NCBI RefSeq assembly: GCF_900634775.1
Contig: NC_041060.1
Location: 14,661,051-14,725,050, forward strand
Source: Gouania willdenowi
Lineage: Eukaryota
Direction: 5' to 3'
DNA: 64,000 nt
In this document: piece after piece, positions 48,765-60,485 of the stretch
Layout: each line of letters opens with the position of its first letter
Position numbering within the stretch: the first letter of the stretch is position 1
The notes under the pieces: model-generated
Told to the model about the DNA's origin: nothing
The model's input: the letters and a program-made list of their open reading frames with translations, nothing else
The model's database searches: none
Program-made: the position numbers and the translations under genes

Positions 48765-48876
48765 TTGGGTATGTTTGTGTGTGGAGGTCCTGTCCTGGTT
48801 TTGGAGGTGAACCCCAGAAAACCCACTGAGCTACTGTGTGGTGATGGAGACGGCATGGTATACGTCCTAAACTGGA
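48765..48876 (+). CDS. tep1: TEP1 terminal exon with stop codon TAA
   Basis: LGMFVCGGPVLVLEV..LLCGDGDGMVYVLNWRE* compared with human LGLFRCEGSVSCLEP..LQLAVGDVQGNVYFLNWE*. AATAAA signals lie at about 49115 and 49186. Confidence 0.93.
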
Positions 48877-50929
48877 GAGAGTAACTCACCAAATGAAGAT
48901 TTGGGGTTATTGTGTATTTGGTAAACTAACAGAAAAGAGGAAACTTTACTTTATATTTGCTTATAACAAGGGGAATGTGCTAATAACAGATTAATCTGCC
49001 TTATGTTTACATGTGCCTTTATGATAATCAGAAACTTGCAATTGTAACAAGCAAGTGTAAAAAAAAAAAGAGAGAAAGATTGAAGTATATTACCAGTAAG
49101 AGATGTGTGGCTCAATAAATCAATATTTGTTTAATTTTCATGTTGCACAATGGAACAGAAAAGTTCATTAATTTTTTCTTTTAAATAAACTCTTAAATCA
49201 GCAACTAATTGTTCTTGTTTTTCATTACAAACCTTAAATATACAATGTTTACTTATGTTTTTTTTTTTTTTTACTTCTGGATTGAGATCATTTTTGGTTG
49301 TAATACTCATCTAGAAGGAGGATAAGATACCTTTTATGCTAGACCCTAGGTTACCAAAGTGGGGTACGGGTACCCTCAGGGGTACGCAAACTGCCATAGG
49401 GGGTACGTGAATAGAAATCAAAAAGCATTGATTAATGTACCCAAGTTTGTACTTTATGTATAATTTATACATTGTGTAAAGTATGTAAGGCGCCAACAAT
49501 ATCCAACCTATAAGTGACATATCAGACCCTGCAGAATTTAATCTGTCAAATTTTGTTATTTTTTAGACCAATTTTTATTGAATTTGTGGAAATTATGTTA
49601 AATAATTGCAGGAAAATTGACTTCTTTGAAAATTTGAAATTTAAAATGACTGCAGTCTTGGGAAAAAAAACATGGAAAAATTGCAATTCTCCAAATATTG
49701 TGGAATATACATTGAATTTGTGTATTTAGATATCTGAGATATCTGAGCTGATTTATCTACAACTGAAATATTTGGTATTCCAGCCATTAATTTATGTTTT
49801 TTCTGTCTTTTTAAACTTTCTCCTGCAGGCCAAATTTGATGGTCTAAAGGGCCAGATTTGTGCTGAAGGGCTACTTTGTATGTGACATTACATTATTATG
49901 TTTTTAAGTGTGCAGGAGTAGGGGGTACATGGCTTCAGGTTAAATGTCTGAAGGGGTAACGGTAGTGTGAAAAGTTTGTGCTAAACGATATGACGCTTAG
50001 ATGGTACCACCAATGTAACTCATTGAACATTACACCATGTTACAATTTGATACTGTGACTGCTTTGATAATTCTGCAAAGGGACCACTAAATCTCATTAC
50101 TCATCACATGACACTTTTAGGGACTTCTGATGTGTGTATGTCTGGTGATACTATGTGACTGATATGTAGTGTATGAGAAAACACGTCTATCTACATTTAT
50201 TCTGATAAGCTATTGTGTTTTTATATACCATCTGTATAATGTAAAAAAGAAAATCATATATTATAGTGACTTGAAGTTTACTATATTTTGCAAAATAGCA
50301 TAACTAGCGATTCTCTTTTTTTTTTTTTCATTGTTACACAAAAACAGAATTTTCCTTGATGCCAAATGTACATAATCTTTGTTTCTCAGCACAGTGTGTT
50401 GCCAAATGCTGATCTATTAATAATATAATGTTGGATAAGGCAGACTTATTTTAGTTCAACAGCAAGTTTTACATACTGTAAATAGCCTTTGCTTTTTCTT
50501 TTGTTTTCTTTTTGCAATTTTCACTTTCACCAAATTGTATGGTCCCACATGTTTCCATGTCCACGTGTTTCCTTGTTCTAAATTAAAAAAAGCCAAAAAA
50601 AAAAAAAAAAAAAAACCGAAATAAACAAACAACAATAGGTTGGTTAAATATTAGGAGAAGTGCTACCTTCCTCCTGTTCATGTGTATCATTGTATGGAGA
50701 TATATTTGTGTTTTTATTATTCAATCAAAAACAACCGTTTCAATAATAATAAATTAAAAAAAAAAAATGTTTACTTCAATCAAAAATAAACATTTTCAGT
50801 CAAAAAAAAAAAAAGTGTTCACATGCAAAAAATATATTTGAGACACAAATAATTATGGGAGGCCTTTTAGGAAAAAACACAACGAAAACCATGGGTTTAC
50901 ACATTAGATTGCGCACTTGTACATTGAAA

Positions 50930-50970
<41 letters not shown>

Positions 50971-50981
50971 GAAGTAAACTT
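50930..50981. repeat. (ATT)n microsatellite
   Basis: Read directly from the sequence. Confidence 0.95.
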
Positions 50982-51552
50982 TTTTTTTTAATTAAAAAAG
51001 TTTTAGTTTTTTTAATTGAATAAGACAAATCTACCTCCATACATGTGGAGGCATAAACACAATACCTGTAGCCGAAGCTCTGAATCATTCAATCCTTCCA
51101 ATTTTATTTAAATTAATCTGGTAAAATACACTGCTTTACATTGCACATTTAATGGTCTATTATAGGACTTTGTCATGGTTCAGTGATAAAACCTCCACTG
51201 TGGTTGAGGAGGGAGGGAAAATCCACTGAATTCCAAGACGACTCTGTAATGTCCGAGCAGCACCTGAACGCAACCCTAGACTCATCCTCAGTCCCAGGTG
51301 AGCGGCCACGCCCTCCCCCTGGGCCTCAGGTAGAACTGGCTCCTCCAGTTTCAGCCTCTTTCACAGGTGTGGGAACTCTACGGTTAAACCACCTCCCTTT
51401 ACTCTTGTCTTTTCTTTTCTCTTTTTTTCTGTTTTTTAAGCAGAGCAGGGAGGGTCTTAGACTTTACTGAGTGTAAACAGTTCAGCTCAGGAAAGAAAAC
51501 TGTTTCCATAGTCACGGTTAGTCTGGAATAACTCCTCACCAATAAGCTACTA

Positions 51553-51555
51553 ATG
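51553..51555 (+). CDS. Candidate initiator ATG placed as the last three bases of a 5' exon (ATG|gtaagt)
   Basis: ctactaATGgtaagt, phase 0 into the exon at 51663. The alternative ATG at 51248 is out of frame with downstream exons. Confidence 0.35.
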
Positions 51556-51662
51556 GTAAGTTTGCTAACAGGACTGAGTCACAACATGCTATTTGTTTTA
51601 GTAAACATGTCGTCTGTGAGGGTTAGTGTGTGCTTATTATAACCGTGGACGGTGTTTGACAG

Positions 51663-51722
51663 GATCGCTACGATGACCTTGATTTGGATTTGGAATGTGA
51701 GGAAGGAGGAGGAAACGTGTCG
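51663..51722 (+). CDS. Repeat-gene exon DRYDDLDLDLECEEGGGNVS
   Basis: Acceptor tttgacag (preceded by an in-frame TGA), donor gtgagt, 20 codons. Confidence 0.55.
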
Positions 51723-52239
51723 GTGAGTTTTTTTTGTTTTTTTTGTTTTGTTTTTAAAGCTTGTTTTCTCCTGAAAGTCCTTCATGACGTCACTCAACGC
51801 TGACCCTGAACAGTTCTGTACAAAGTGTTACTTTAGAAACACATGTAGTTTTTATAGAAACAAATGCAAAGTTTGGCATAGAAATCCTATTTTACTGTGG
51901 CCTATTTTGAGTTTTGTTTACATCAGTGGTTCTCAAACAGAGGTACGTGTACCCCTGTGGGTACAGGAGAAAATTGCAGGAGGTACTCGGAAAAAAATAG
52001 CAATTGATTTAAAAAAATATTTGGAAATGTTCCTAGTTCTTTTTTTAGGCTTTTTTTTTGGACAAATTAACAGTAGTATCGCTCAATAAAATACTATATT
52101 TTCTTGTGATTTATTGGAAAAGGATTATTTTATCACACTTCTTATAATTGGAGACAATAATGAGCTACATTTTACTAATGAGATTGTATTTACTTACTAA
52201 TGAAGTGATCAATAAAAGTTGTAGTTTAACTGACTCCAA

Positions 52240-52570
52240 CATACAAAATTATATTAATCCAAAAATGCAAAATGACTCCAAGTGCACAGCAGGACAACAA
52301 ATATGTACGAAATTACTTGCAAAAACACACAATATAAATCCCAAAACACCTAAAATAATATCAAAACAACAGAAAAACAAACAGAATGACAACAATAATA
52401 CACAAAACAAATCAATAAAGCATAATAAAAATAACATAAAATTGCACATAATGCTACCATCATCACACAAAACCTTTTGTTTTTCCTGTATTAATGCTCA
52501 AATCACAGTTTGTGGCCCCCGCTGTAATAAAAGTTGCCTATATCTGCGCTATATCTGCCTTTATTATTTG
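52240..52570 (-). repeat. Copy of the minisatellite-bearing element
   Basis: Near-identical terminal block GTTTGTGGCCCCCGCTGTAATAAAAGTTGCCTATATCTGC. Confidence 0.8.
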
Positions 52571-52813
52571 TTTACTGGGTGGGATTAGCGCCTTAGATAA
52601 GAACCTGCATTAGCCATTTATGCAATGGAGCTAAAGCACTTAATACATTTTTAAAAATTGATACCAATGTCCATAGAAGCACTTAGAAATTAACAAATAT
52701 AATTTATAGGATTGATTGTTGTTAACAACAAGCATTCTATGGGGTGTGAGACTTTGTTTTCCAAATGCGTCTGACTTGCATTCATTTTACATGGCTTTGT
52801 GTTTCTCACTCAG

Positions 52814-52885
52814 CAAAAAGCAGCATTATTTGGTGGAATGTTCAAGAAACCCAAGTCCTCAGAGGCATCAGACCACCAGACCCAG
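52814..52885 (+). CDS. Repeat-gene exon QKAALFGGMFKKPKSSEASDHQTQ
   Basis: Acceptor ctcactcag, donor gtgaga, 24 codons. Confidence 0.65.
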
Positions 52886-53585
52886 GTGAGAATGAATTTA
52901 AAATTAAATAACTGTTTTTATTTATTACCTCCGCCAAGCGCAGAGCAGTAAGGTTATGTTTTACCCTCCGTTTTAATTAACTATTTGACAATTAATAATA
53001 TCATCCTTAGTTCAAATGTTAAATGTATGTTTTGATTAATAGTGTTTATAAAAACAATGTAGGGTGCTTTTCTAGTTTATTTATTTTATCATAGTCAATG
53101 TACATACTGTATGTTGCATCGCATTTTTTGGTTTGCATATTTCAGGAATTTTCATATTTTCGGAATGGTATTGCCTGCTTTCACCAATTCATTGACTTTA
53201 TCCATTATGGTGGCCTTAAATTGTAATTATTCACATAATTTACTCTCTGTATTTATAAATCCATGGCCTTTTTTATGACAAATACTCACATTTTAGGGGT
53301 TTTTCACTCTTAAGAATTTAAATCTAAAGAAACATATCCTGCACTTATATATATTTTGTTAAACAATGCATTTTTTTAGTGTTTAATTTGAAATGTTGTG
53401 TGTGAGTCAATGTCATTTTTAACAGATATTGTTTTTTAATGTTCAGTGTTGTATTTTTTGTATATAATTTATATGTCTTATTGTGCAGCATTTTGGTCAA
53501 ACCTTGTTTGTGTTTAAACGTGCTTTATAAATAAATTGGATTTGGATTTTTATGTTTTCAACCAGTGGCTTGTTGTTATTTTACA

Positions 53586-53651
53586 GGACGTTTTATCAAC
53601 CAGCAGAGACATTTCAAAGAGCAATGACAGTCTGACAGACAGCAACAGCAA
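53586..53651 (+). CDS. Repeat-gene exon DVLSTSRDISKSNDSLTDSNSK
   Basis: ag/gt, 22 codons. Confidence 0.65.
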
Positions 53652-53746
53652 GGTGAGCCCCACGGCTAATATGTTGAATAATAATTATTGGTAAATATTG
53701 GGTTATTTTGTTTTCATTTATTTATTTATTTTTTTACGTGTGTTTC

Positions 53747-53812
53747 AGGACAAAGGGACATTTAAAGGAAAGTTTAAAAAAACTACCAAATCAGACAAAG
53801 AGGGTTCTTCTC
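53747..53812 (+). CDS. Repeat-gene exon DKGTFKGKFKKTTKSDKEGSSQ
   Basis: ag/gt, 22 codons. Confidence 0.65.
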
Positions 53813-54454
53813 AGGTTTGTAGTGACATCTGAAATTTGATGTCTTGTCTGAACCGTTTGGTCTTTAAAGCCCAATTTAATCACAAAATTTACAGATTAAT
53901 TAGTATTATTTTATCTTGCCCCATTACAGGCTATAAAATGTTTGTTTTTTTTAATGTAACTTTTGTACAGATTGGGTTTTCCATATTAAACTGCCTAGCC
54001 TAATCCTCTTAATATTTAATAGGTGAAAGTGGTTTTTATATTACAAACCAAGCTCTTAAGGCAGAAATTTACAGATTAAACAGTGGAAAATCAACTAATT
54101 AACACTATTCTAATACGATTGTTTTCAACTTAATTTTATTGCTGTTTCTTTGAAAAATATGTATTACCGGTAATAAAATCTATTTGCTAAAGTAATATTT
54201 TAGGCTATTGAGTCCACTTAAAAAAAAAAAGAGAGAGAGACTGAGAAAGATTTGAATTACATATTTTATTTTTGGATGAATATTTAATTTATGTGGAAAT
54301 CCTCTAACACTTCTTTTTATTGATTTAGTTTTGTTCTGTACTAATGTTCATATTGTTAAAATCAGGAGTCTAAATTGAGTGTTTGGCACTTTGGTTCGAG
54401 AGTTAGGTTCAATATTCAATTTAAATTTAGTGTTTTATTTTCCATGTCTACACA

Positions 54455-54526
54455 GGCCTCTCTGGCTTTACCAAATCCTGAAATGTCTGCGAGCTGTGAA
54501 AGCTTAGAAAACAACAAGCCACAAAA
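54455..54526 (+). CDS. Repeat-gene exon ASLALPNPEMSASCESLENNKPQN
   Basis: ag/gt, 24 codons. Confidence 0.6.
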
Positions 54527-54617
54527 TGTGAGACTTCTTCAGCTTTCTAATATTATTAACTATTTTACTAAATAGTTTCCAGGTTTCTGATGTTTCTGAG
54601 CTTTCATTTATTTTTAG

Positions 54618-54680
54618 GAGAAGTTGGTTGGGAAACCGAAACGATCCCCGAGACCAGGACACGTTCGGAGGCACTCGCAG
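54618..54680 (+). CDS. Repeat-gene exon EKLVGKPKRSPRPGHVRRHSQ
   Basis: ag/gt, 21 codons. Confidence 0.6.
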
Positions 54681-54784
54681 GTAAAATTTATATTAATTTG
54701 TGGCTTTATTTTTTTTTATTGGACAGAAGAAAGAATAAACTCTGAATTTAAGTCTGTTTGATGATGAATTATCTTATGCTTTAG

Positions 54785-54841
54785 GATCTTTTGGATTTCT
54801 CTCCCAGTAATGACGGCGTGTCTGAGGGTTCTCACTCAAAG
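54785..54841 (+). CDS. Repeat-gene exon DLLDFSPSNDGVSEGSHSK
   Basis: ag/gt, 19 codons. Confidence 0.6.
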
Positions 54842-55646
54842 GTAGGTTTTACCACAAGAACAAGCTTTTTGTTAAAAAAAAAAAAGTTTGTTTTATTAAA
54901 GTTATTTAGGGAATTTAGATTAAAACACTGATTGATTTTTGGAAAAATAATGAAATAGGGAATTGAGCTGTTGTATACCTCTTAGTCAGAGCTTGGTTGC
55001 ACGAAATAAATCTAATGGTAAACACTTTGTTAATTGTTGGGCCTTGTCTTTTCTGGTTGTTTCAGCCTTTGTAAAAGCAACACACCATATCGCTAAGCCT
55101 TTATCATTCTGCAAATTTAACCAGACTGTTATTAGCATAATGATTTGAAAAAAATTGTACTGTGAAATTGTGAAATGTGAGTTAAAGAATATATTTAGTG
55201 GGGGAAAAAACACAAAAAAAATACAAACAAATTAGGATTAACCTTTTAGAAATGCAAATATAATATATATATATATATATATAAGTGAATAAATGTGTGA
55301 TCTACTGGCATGTGTCACATGGATCTCCAACATTTATAGGGTTTGACCTGTGAGACAGCATTTTACATTGTATACTAGTTTTACTTTACTGTACACTTAT
55401 AGCAGCAGCTGATGGAATGCTGTTGCTGTTGTCCAGTATTTGTCACAGAGCTGTTGACTCGTTGAATGGAGAGTCTTTGTTTTGTGTGTGTGCATGGAAA
55501 CTGTGTGCATCAGCTGTTTGAAACAAGCACTCGTGTGAAACAATGGATTGATGCATGGTGTGATCAGTTTTTTGTATTGGTTTGTAATGTTCTAATAACT
55601 GTATTTCTTTAAGTAATTTTAATGTGACTTTGTGTGGGATCTGTAG

Positions 55647-55718
55647 GGATCTGGAGGAATGTTCAGTGGGATTTTTAAGAAGTCTCCAAAACCGCCCGAA
55701 GTGAAGACACAGTCTCAG
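55647..55718 (+). CDS. Repeat-gene exon GSGGMFSGIFKKSPKPPEVKTQSQ
   Basis: ag/gt, 24 codons, A-type repeat. Confidence 0.7.
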
Positions 55719-55785
55719 GTATAGAGTGAACAGTCCTGCTCATACTTTTATCTTTTGTTGATTCTATAACACGGATGTGTTTCAG

Positions 55786-55854
55786 GAGGATTTGTCTGCT
55801 GCCGTTAAGCCCTCGAACAGTAATGATAATCTATCTGAGAATGGCAACAGTAAG
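55786..55854 (+). CDS. Repeat-gene exon EDLSAAVKPSNSNDNLSENGNSK
   Basis: ag/gt, 23 codons, B-type repeat. Confidence 0.7.
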
Positions 55855-56238
55855 GTGAGTTTTGTAAATAGCAACCAATCAGCAGCATTTTCATTGTTGG
55901 CAGGTGCAAGACTTTTCTTTCAAAACTCTTTTTATTACACATTTTTGGCACTCAATTAACAAAGATTTCCACATTTTGTGCAGTAAATACGTGCATTAAA
56001 AAAACAAAACAAAAAACAAGAAAACAACAGGAACAAGGATAAACTTGAAAAGTCAATAATAATATTAGCAATGATCGTAATAGTAGGAATAATAGCAACA
56101 ATAATGTTAAACAAATAATCATGCAAAGCAATAGATAATTGATACCCGTGAAATTAAAAAGAAGAGAAAACACAAAATTAGAATGAAAGCAAAACATTTT
56201 TAAAAACATTTGCTAATGGTAAAATCCTGGGTTAACAG

Positions 56239-56310
56239 GAGCACGGAGGGATGTTCAGTGGGATGTTTAAAAAAGCCTCCAAACCTCTTGGCGCGAGGAC
56301 CAAATCTCAG
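56239..56310 (+). CDS. Repeat-gene exon EHGGMFSGMFKKASKPLGARTKSQ
   Basis: A-type repeat. Confidence 0.7.
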
Positions 56311-56399
56311 GTATTTGGGATATTATAAAGGCCAAGAATAACCAGAGGAAGGATTAATGTCTCTATTTACAAAATCTGCTGCTTTTCTGTTATATTCAG

Positions 56400-56468
56400 G
56401 AAGATTTATTGGCATCAAATGAGAAATTAGGCAGTAGTGACAATCTTTCAGTGAACACCAACAATAAG
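56400..56468 (+). CDS. Repeat-gene exon EDLLASNEKLGSSDNLSVNTNNK
   Basis: B-type repeat. Confidence 0.7.
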
Positions 56469-56906
56469 GTGAGCTATGTTCAAGGTTATTACCATTGTAT
56501 TTCTGTATGGGATGCATTACTTTACGTTTTGAACAACCATAAATGATAAAAAAGAAAATATTCTGGTTTATTTTTCCATTACTTTTGTTGCAAATGAACA
56601 TAAACAATAAAAAGATGTATGTATATGCACTGTATATGTTTGTATAGTATTCTTACATAATTAAAAACCAAATGTGAAGTTTAAAATGTTATTTTGTGAA
56701 GAAGGGGTAGGCATCTTTAAGTTCCTTGAACTTCTGCCTACTCCTTTTGAGCACTTTCTCCATTGAATACGTGTTACGTATTGTACATAAAATGTGTTTT
56801 TTATGTTGCTCAAATAAATAAATAAACAACAAACAACAATGACTCAAAGCAACAAGTCTTCACTGTAACTGCTGTATTTTCAAATGGATTTATTGTGATT
56901 TTTCAG

Positions 56907-56978
56907 GAGTCAGGAGGAATGTTCAGTGGGATTTTTAAAAAGTCCCCGAAAAACTATGGAGCCAGGGCAGAGTCCAAG
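56907..56978 (+). CDS. Repeat-gene exon ESGGMFSGIFKKSPKNYGARAESK
   Basis: A-type repeat. Confidence 0.7.
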
Positions 56979-57072
56979 GTTTTTATTTTACATTTTACTT
57001 CAATCACTCTTTTTGCCTTTATTATTTTTTCATCATAAATCATTTTCTTAAACTTTTGTTGCTTGCTTTCAG

Positions 57073-57141
57073 GAGGATTTGTCTGCACCCGGTGAGCTTT
57101 CTGGCAGCAAAGAAAATCTTTCGGGGAATTCCAACACCAAG
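57073..57141 (+). CDS. Repeat-gene exon EDLSAPGELSGSKENLSGNSNTK
   Basis: B-type repeat. Confidence 0.7.
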
Positions 57142-57304
57142 GTGACCTTTGTTTAGCTTTATCATTTATTGATTATCAACATTTATCTGCAAACACCAAA
57201 AACTATGATTAGGATTCTCTTAATGTAAAAGCATCATGTATTTTTGTGTGTACAATGTAAGATTTATTCAAATATGTGTTTAATATAATTATTCAATCCT
57301 TCAG

Positions 57305-57376
57305 GAATCTGGTGGGATGTTTGGTGGGATGTTTAAAAAAGCCTCCAAACCGTATGGAGCGAGAGCACAGTCACAG
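57305..57376 (+). CDS. Repeat-gene exon ESGGMFGGMFKKASKPYGARAQSQ
   Basis: A-type repeat. Confidence 0.7.
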
Positions 57377-57499
57377 GTACACAGCTTGATTCTGTATGTT
57401 GTATATTGTCATTTCTGCAGTATATAAAACTACTCGTTGCTCACTTTTATACTTATAACTTAAGAATTCATTGCTCACTTCCTTTTCACTAACATTCAG

Positions 57500-57568
57500 G
57501 AGGATTTGTCCGCTCCCAGTGAGCTTTCTGGCAGCAAAGAAAATCTTTCGGGGAATTCCAACACCAAG
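57500..57568 (+). CDS. Repeat-gene exon EDLSAPSELSGSKENLSGNSNTK. It is nearly identical to the exon at 57073.
   Basis: B-type repeat. The flanking introns are also duplicated. Confidence 0.7.
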
Positions 57569-57737
57569 GTGACCTTTGTTAAGCTTTATTATTCTTTGAT
57601 TATCAACGTTTATCTGCACATGCCAAAAACTTCCTAACATGACGAGATCAAAGAGCGTGCATTATGTGTAATTAGGGAACGGGTTCTCTTCACATTAATG
57701 TATCACAGATATTTTTGTGTTGTATTTTGGCCTTTAG

Positions 57738-57809
57738 GAATCTGGTGGGATGTTCAGTGGGATGTTTAAAAAAGCCTCCAAACCCTATGGAGCGAGAGCA
57801 CAGTCACAG
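57738..57809 (+). CDS. Repeat-gene exon ESGGMFSGMFKKASKPYGARAQSQ. It is nearly identical to the exon at 57305.
   Basis: A-type repeat. Confidence 0.7.
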
Positions 57810-57895
57810 GTACACAGCTTGATTCTGTATATTGTATATTGTCATTTCTGCAGTATATAAAGCATAGTAAGTATTCATTACTCACTGTCTTTTCA

Positions 57896-57961
57896 GGAGG
57901 ATTTATCTGCAGACACTGAGCTTTCAGGCAGCAAAGAGAGTTTGTCTGAGAATCGCACCAA
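57896..57961 (+). CDS. Repeat-gene exon EDLSADTELSGSKESLSENRTK
   Basis: B-type repeat. Confidence 0.65.
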
Positions 57962-58038
57962 AGTAACTTCAAATCCAACAAATTGAATCCAAAAAAATTT
58001 CAATATAGAAATCCCTGACATTATAGAATTTTCCTCAG

Positions 58039-58098
58039 GAAAAAGGAGGAATCTTCAGCGGTGTGTTCAGGAAGAAAGTTCCCAGATCTCAGTCTCAG
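58039..58098 (+). CDS. Repeat-gene exon EKGGIFSGVFRKKVPRSQSQ
   Basis: Degenerate A-type repeat. Confidence 0.65.
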
Positions 58099-58679
58099 GT
58101 GACGAAACTGTGACGTATGCAACGATTGTGTTCAAGGAAAAAAAGAGGAGAACCAGAGGAACTTGATTTGCAACATAAGTCAAACCATGGATGAAGTGGT
58201 TATCAAGACTGAGCTGAAATTATTTTGTCTTACAGGTTCTCCAAAGCATTTATAAACGCTTTGTCATAAGAATTGCTCAAACACCCAAACATGCCTTTGT
58301 TGGCTTTAGACTTATTACTAATGACTTAAATATGTTTGGTTACATAGTTTCTCAATATGTTTATTGATACTGTGAGCAGAAGAAACAGTCTGCTTATATT
58401 AGTGGGTGTTACCGTTAACCACATGGGTCTGTTACGGCCTGCGTTTTCACAAGCATGCATGTTTACGTCACTAAGATCGATACCAGTAGGTCGGGATGAC
58501 TCGTCAAAAATACTCGACACTATCATGCATTATGTCACATGGTTGAGCTGTCATCAGGGAACAGTTTGTCATTTATAATCTTCAGCTCAGATCTTCTGTT
58601 GCAAACTGGATTGATGAGATGTTTATTTACTAATACAAACAGCCAATGTGTTACTGTGTCCCTGCGAGGATGTAGACCA

Positions 58680-59165
58680 GGGGTGTCAAACTCATTTTAG
58701 TTCAGGGGCCAAATACGGAGCAGTTTCATCTCAAGACTGCTACAGATTTTATGCGGGGAAAAAACAAGTAATTTCAACATTATTGTGCCCTATTTGCACT
58801 TGTACGTATACATAGAATACAAAATATATAAGAAACAGGCAATATCCAAGCAATAAGTGACAGACATCAGTCCCAACAGGGTCTTCACTTTAACTTTAGA
58901 TTTGTGACCAATTTGTATTTAATTAGAGAAAATGTTCTGTAATAATTTCAGGAAAATGAAAAGATTTTGTAGAAAAGTTAATAGTTGATAGATGTAATAT
59001 AAGCACCGGGAAAACTGTGACCTCCTGCAAATATTGTTGAGTTTAATTTACAGAATTTTTCACGTTTTCTTTGTCATTTTTACTTTCTCCTGCGGGACAA
59101 ATTGGATGCTCCAAAGGGCCAGATTTGGCCCCCGGGGCCCTCAGTTTGACACCTGTGATGTAGAC
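58680..59165. mobile_element. MITE of about 480 bp with terminal inverted repeats GGGTGTCAAACTCATTTTAGTTCAGGGGCCAAAT ... GGCCAGATTTGGCCCCCGGGGCCCTCAGTTTGACACCTG
   Basis: The TIRs are reverse-complementary. A second full copy lies at 38040-38480 (tep1 intron) and a partial copy at 49795-49875. Confidence 0.75.
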
Positions 59166-59222
59166 ATACAAACTGCTTGTTCTTTCTGTAAAAATAAATT
59201 CATTGTGTTTGTTTCCCTAAAG

Positions 59223-59285
59223 GATTATTTGAATGCAGATGGGGAACTGTCTGTAGACACAGACCATTTTGAGAAGTCCTCAAAG
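59223..59285 (+). CDS. Repeat-gene exon DYLNADGELSVDTDHFEKSSK
   Basis: ag/gt, 21 codons. Confidence 0.6.
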
Positions 59286-60100
59286 GTAAACGATTAAGTA
59301 GTTTTTGTTCTCATACATCACTTTTTAAACATGGATATAATATACACTAGAGATGTTTGGGTTAGGGTTACTGTCAAAGGTGCTTTTAACTGCTAAACTT
59401 ATCATATGACTTTTAATGTTACAATGGCTCTTAAAACTTTCATTATTACATGTACGCTATTATCTGTACTTTGTAAAGTTTCTTTGAGTTTTTCGAAAAA
59501 AGCACTGTATAAAATAAAGATTATTATTATTATTAATAATAATAATCACAATGTGTGGATTTTATTCCTGTAGACACAAATCCGACACGATAAATTACTG
59601 TTAAAATTACGGCACAAACTAAATAACTACAATGCAAATGCTGCATTTTAAATTTCAACCAGAGTTAGAAGAATAAATAAGCATGTTAATTCACTTCTGT
59701 ACAAACACTATAATATTGTGCAAAAACCATGTAAACACAATAGAGCAGATTAACTTAACCTGATTTTGTCCGCTTGCTGTGCTATGTGACCTTTTGGTGT
59801 AATGACCCAATTCTTCTTGTACATCTTGTGTTAAACATAAGTTAGCATCCAGCATTTGGTTGCATTACCGCCACCTCTGTTTGAAACTTAAAACGCAGCC
59901 TTTGCATTGCAGTTCTTTAATCGACACAAAATGCCTGTGATCTAGTGATGATATGTTGACAGTAATTTATCGTGGCGAATTCGTATCCTCGATAGTAATA
60001 TTTTAATGTGTCTGCCAGGGCGTGGCATCAAAGATCAAATTCATAAATGTGTTGAGAACTCAACCAATCTCATCGGTGCTGTTCAATATCTTTATGTAGG

Positions 60101-60175
60101 AAAAGAAAAAGAGTGAACACCCAGGAGACTTGAATGAGGATAGCGCCAGTGCTGAGAAAGCTAAAGTCAAAGAGG
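60101..60175 (+). CDS. Repeat-gene exon EKKKSEHPGDLNEDSASAEKAKVKE
   Basis: ag/gt, 25 codons. Confidence 0.6.
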
Positions 60176-60292
60176 TATTTTACTGAACTGCAATAATCTA
60201 AACTCTTCAGTATCGTTTGTTGTACTGACAATTTTGCCCCTAATCAGATTTAAATGTATGCAATGTACACTAACACGTTTGTCTTATTTCAG

Positions 60293-60340
60293 AATGGTTT
60301 CGGTGCAAAGATGAAGAGCACATTTCACGCCGTCAAACAG
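60293..60340 (+). CDS. Repeat-gene exon NGFGAKMKSTFHAVKQ
   Basis: ag/gt, 16 codons. Confidence 0.6.
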
Positions 60341-60485
60341 GTGAGACGATGGCAAATGTTAACAAAAAGTCAACCAAGACTATTTAGAAATTTGAACCAA
60401 TCTTTTCTTTTGCGTAGAAAAATGCACTGAACCTTTTTGCTACTATTAGTTAATAAGGTATCATAACACCTGAATTTATTTCCAG

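Larger units (their letters stand above)
16535..48876 (+). other. tep1: Gene span of the TEP1 ortholog (telomerase/vault-associated protein 1), ATG to stop. It has 54 or more coding exons; the exon list follows.
   Basis: Exon translations align in order with human TEP1. Examples: EPEFILK, HLRRYFCAAVQLPSDW, DKFKDFNEYQLAKYN, LPFMAMLRNL, SRQFPFRF, FISSTFRDMH...RWGVTEEE, GGSGHGKT, NGQLSCDWIP, SDSAFNNQ, CDGISSCVF, RDWVTDC, SASHDRTIKLWD, VYVLNWRE*. Intron phases are consistent across all junctions. Confidence 0.92.

Noticed and set aside
51248-51296. ATG MSEQHLNATLDSSSVP with a GTGAGC donor as the first coding exon of the repeat gene
   Set aside because: It ends in phase 1, whereas the next exon (51663) requires phase 0 and is preceded by an in-frame TGA. 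The ATG|gtaagt at 51553 fits better.
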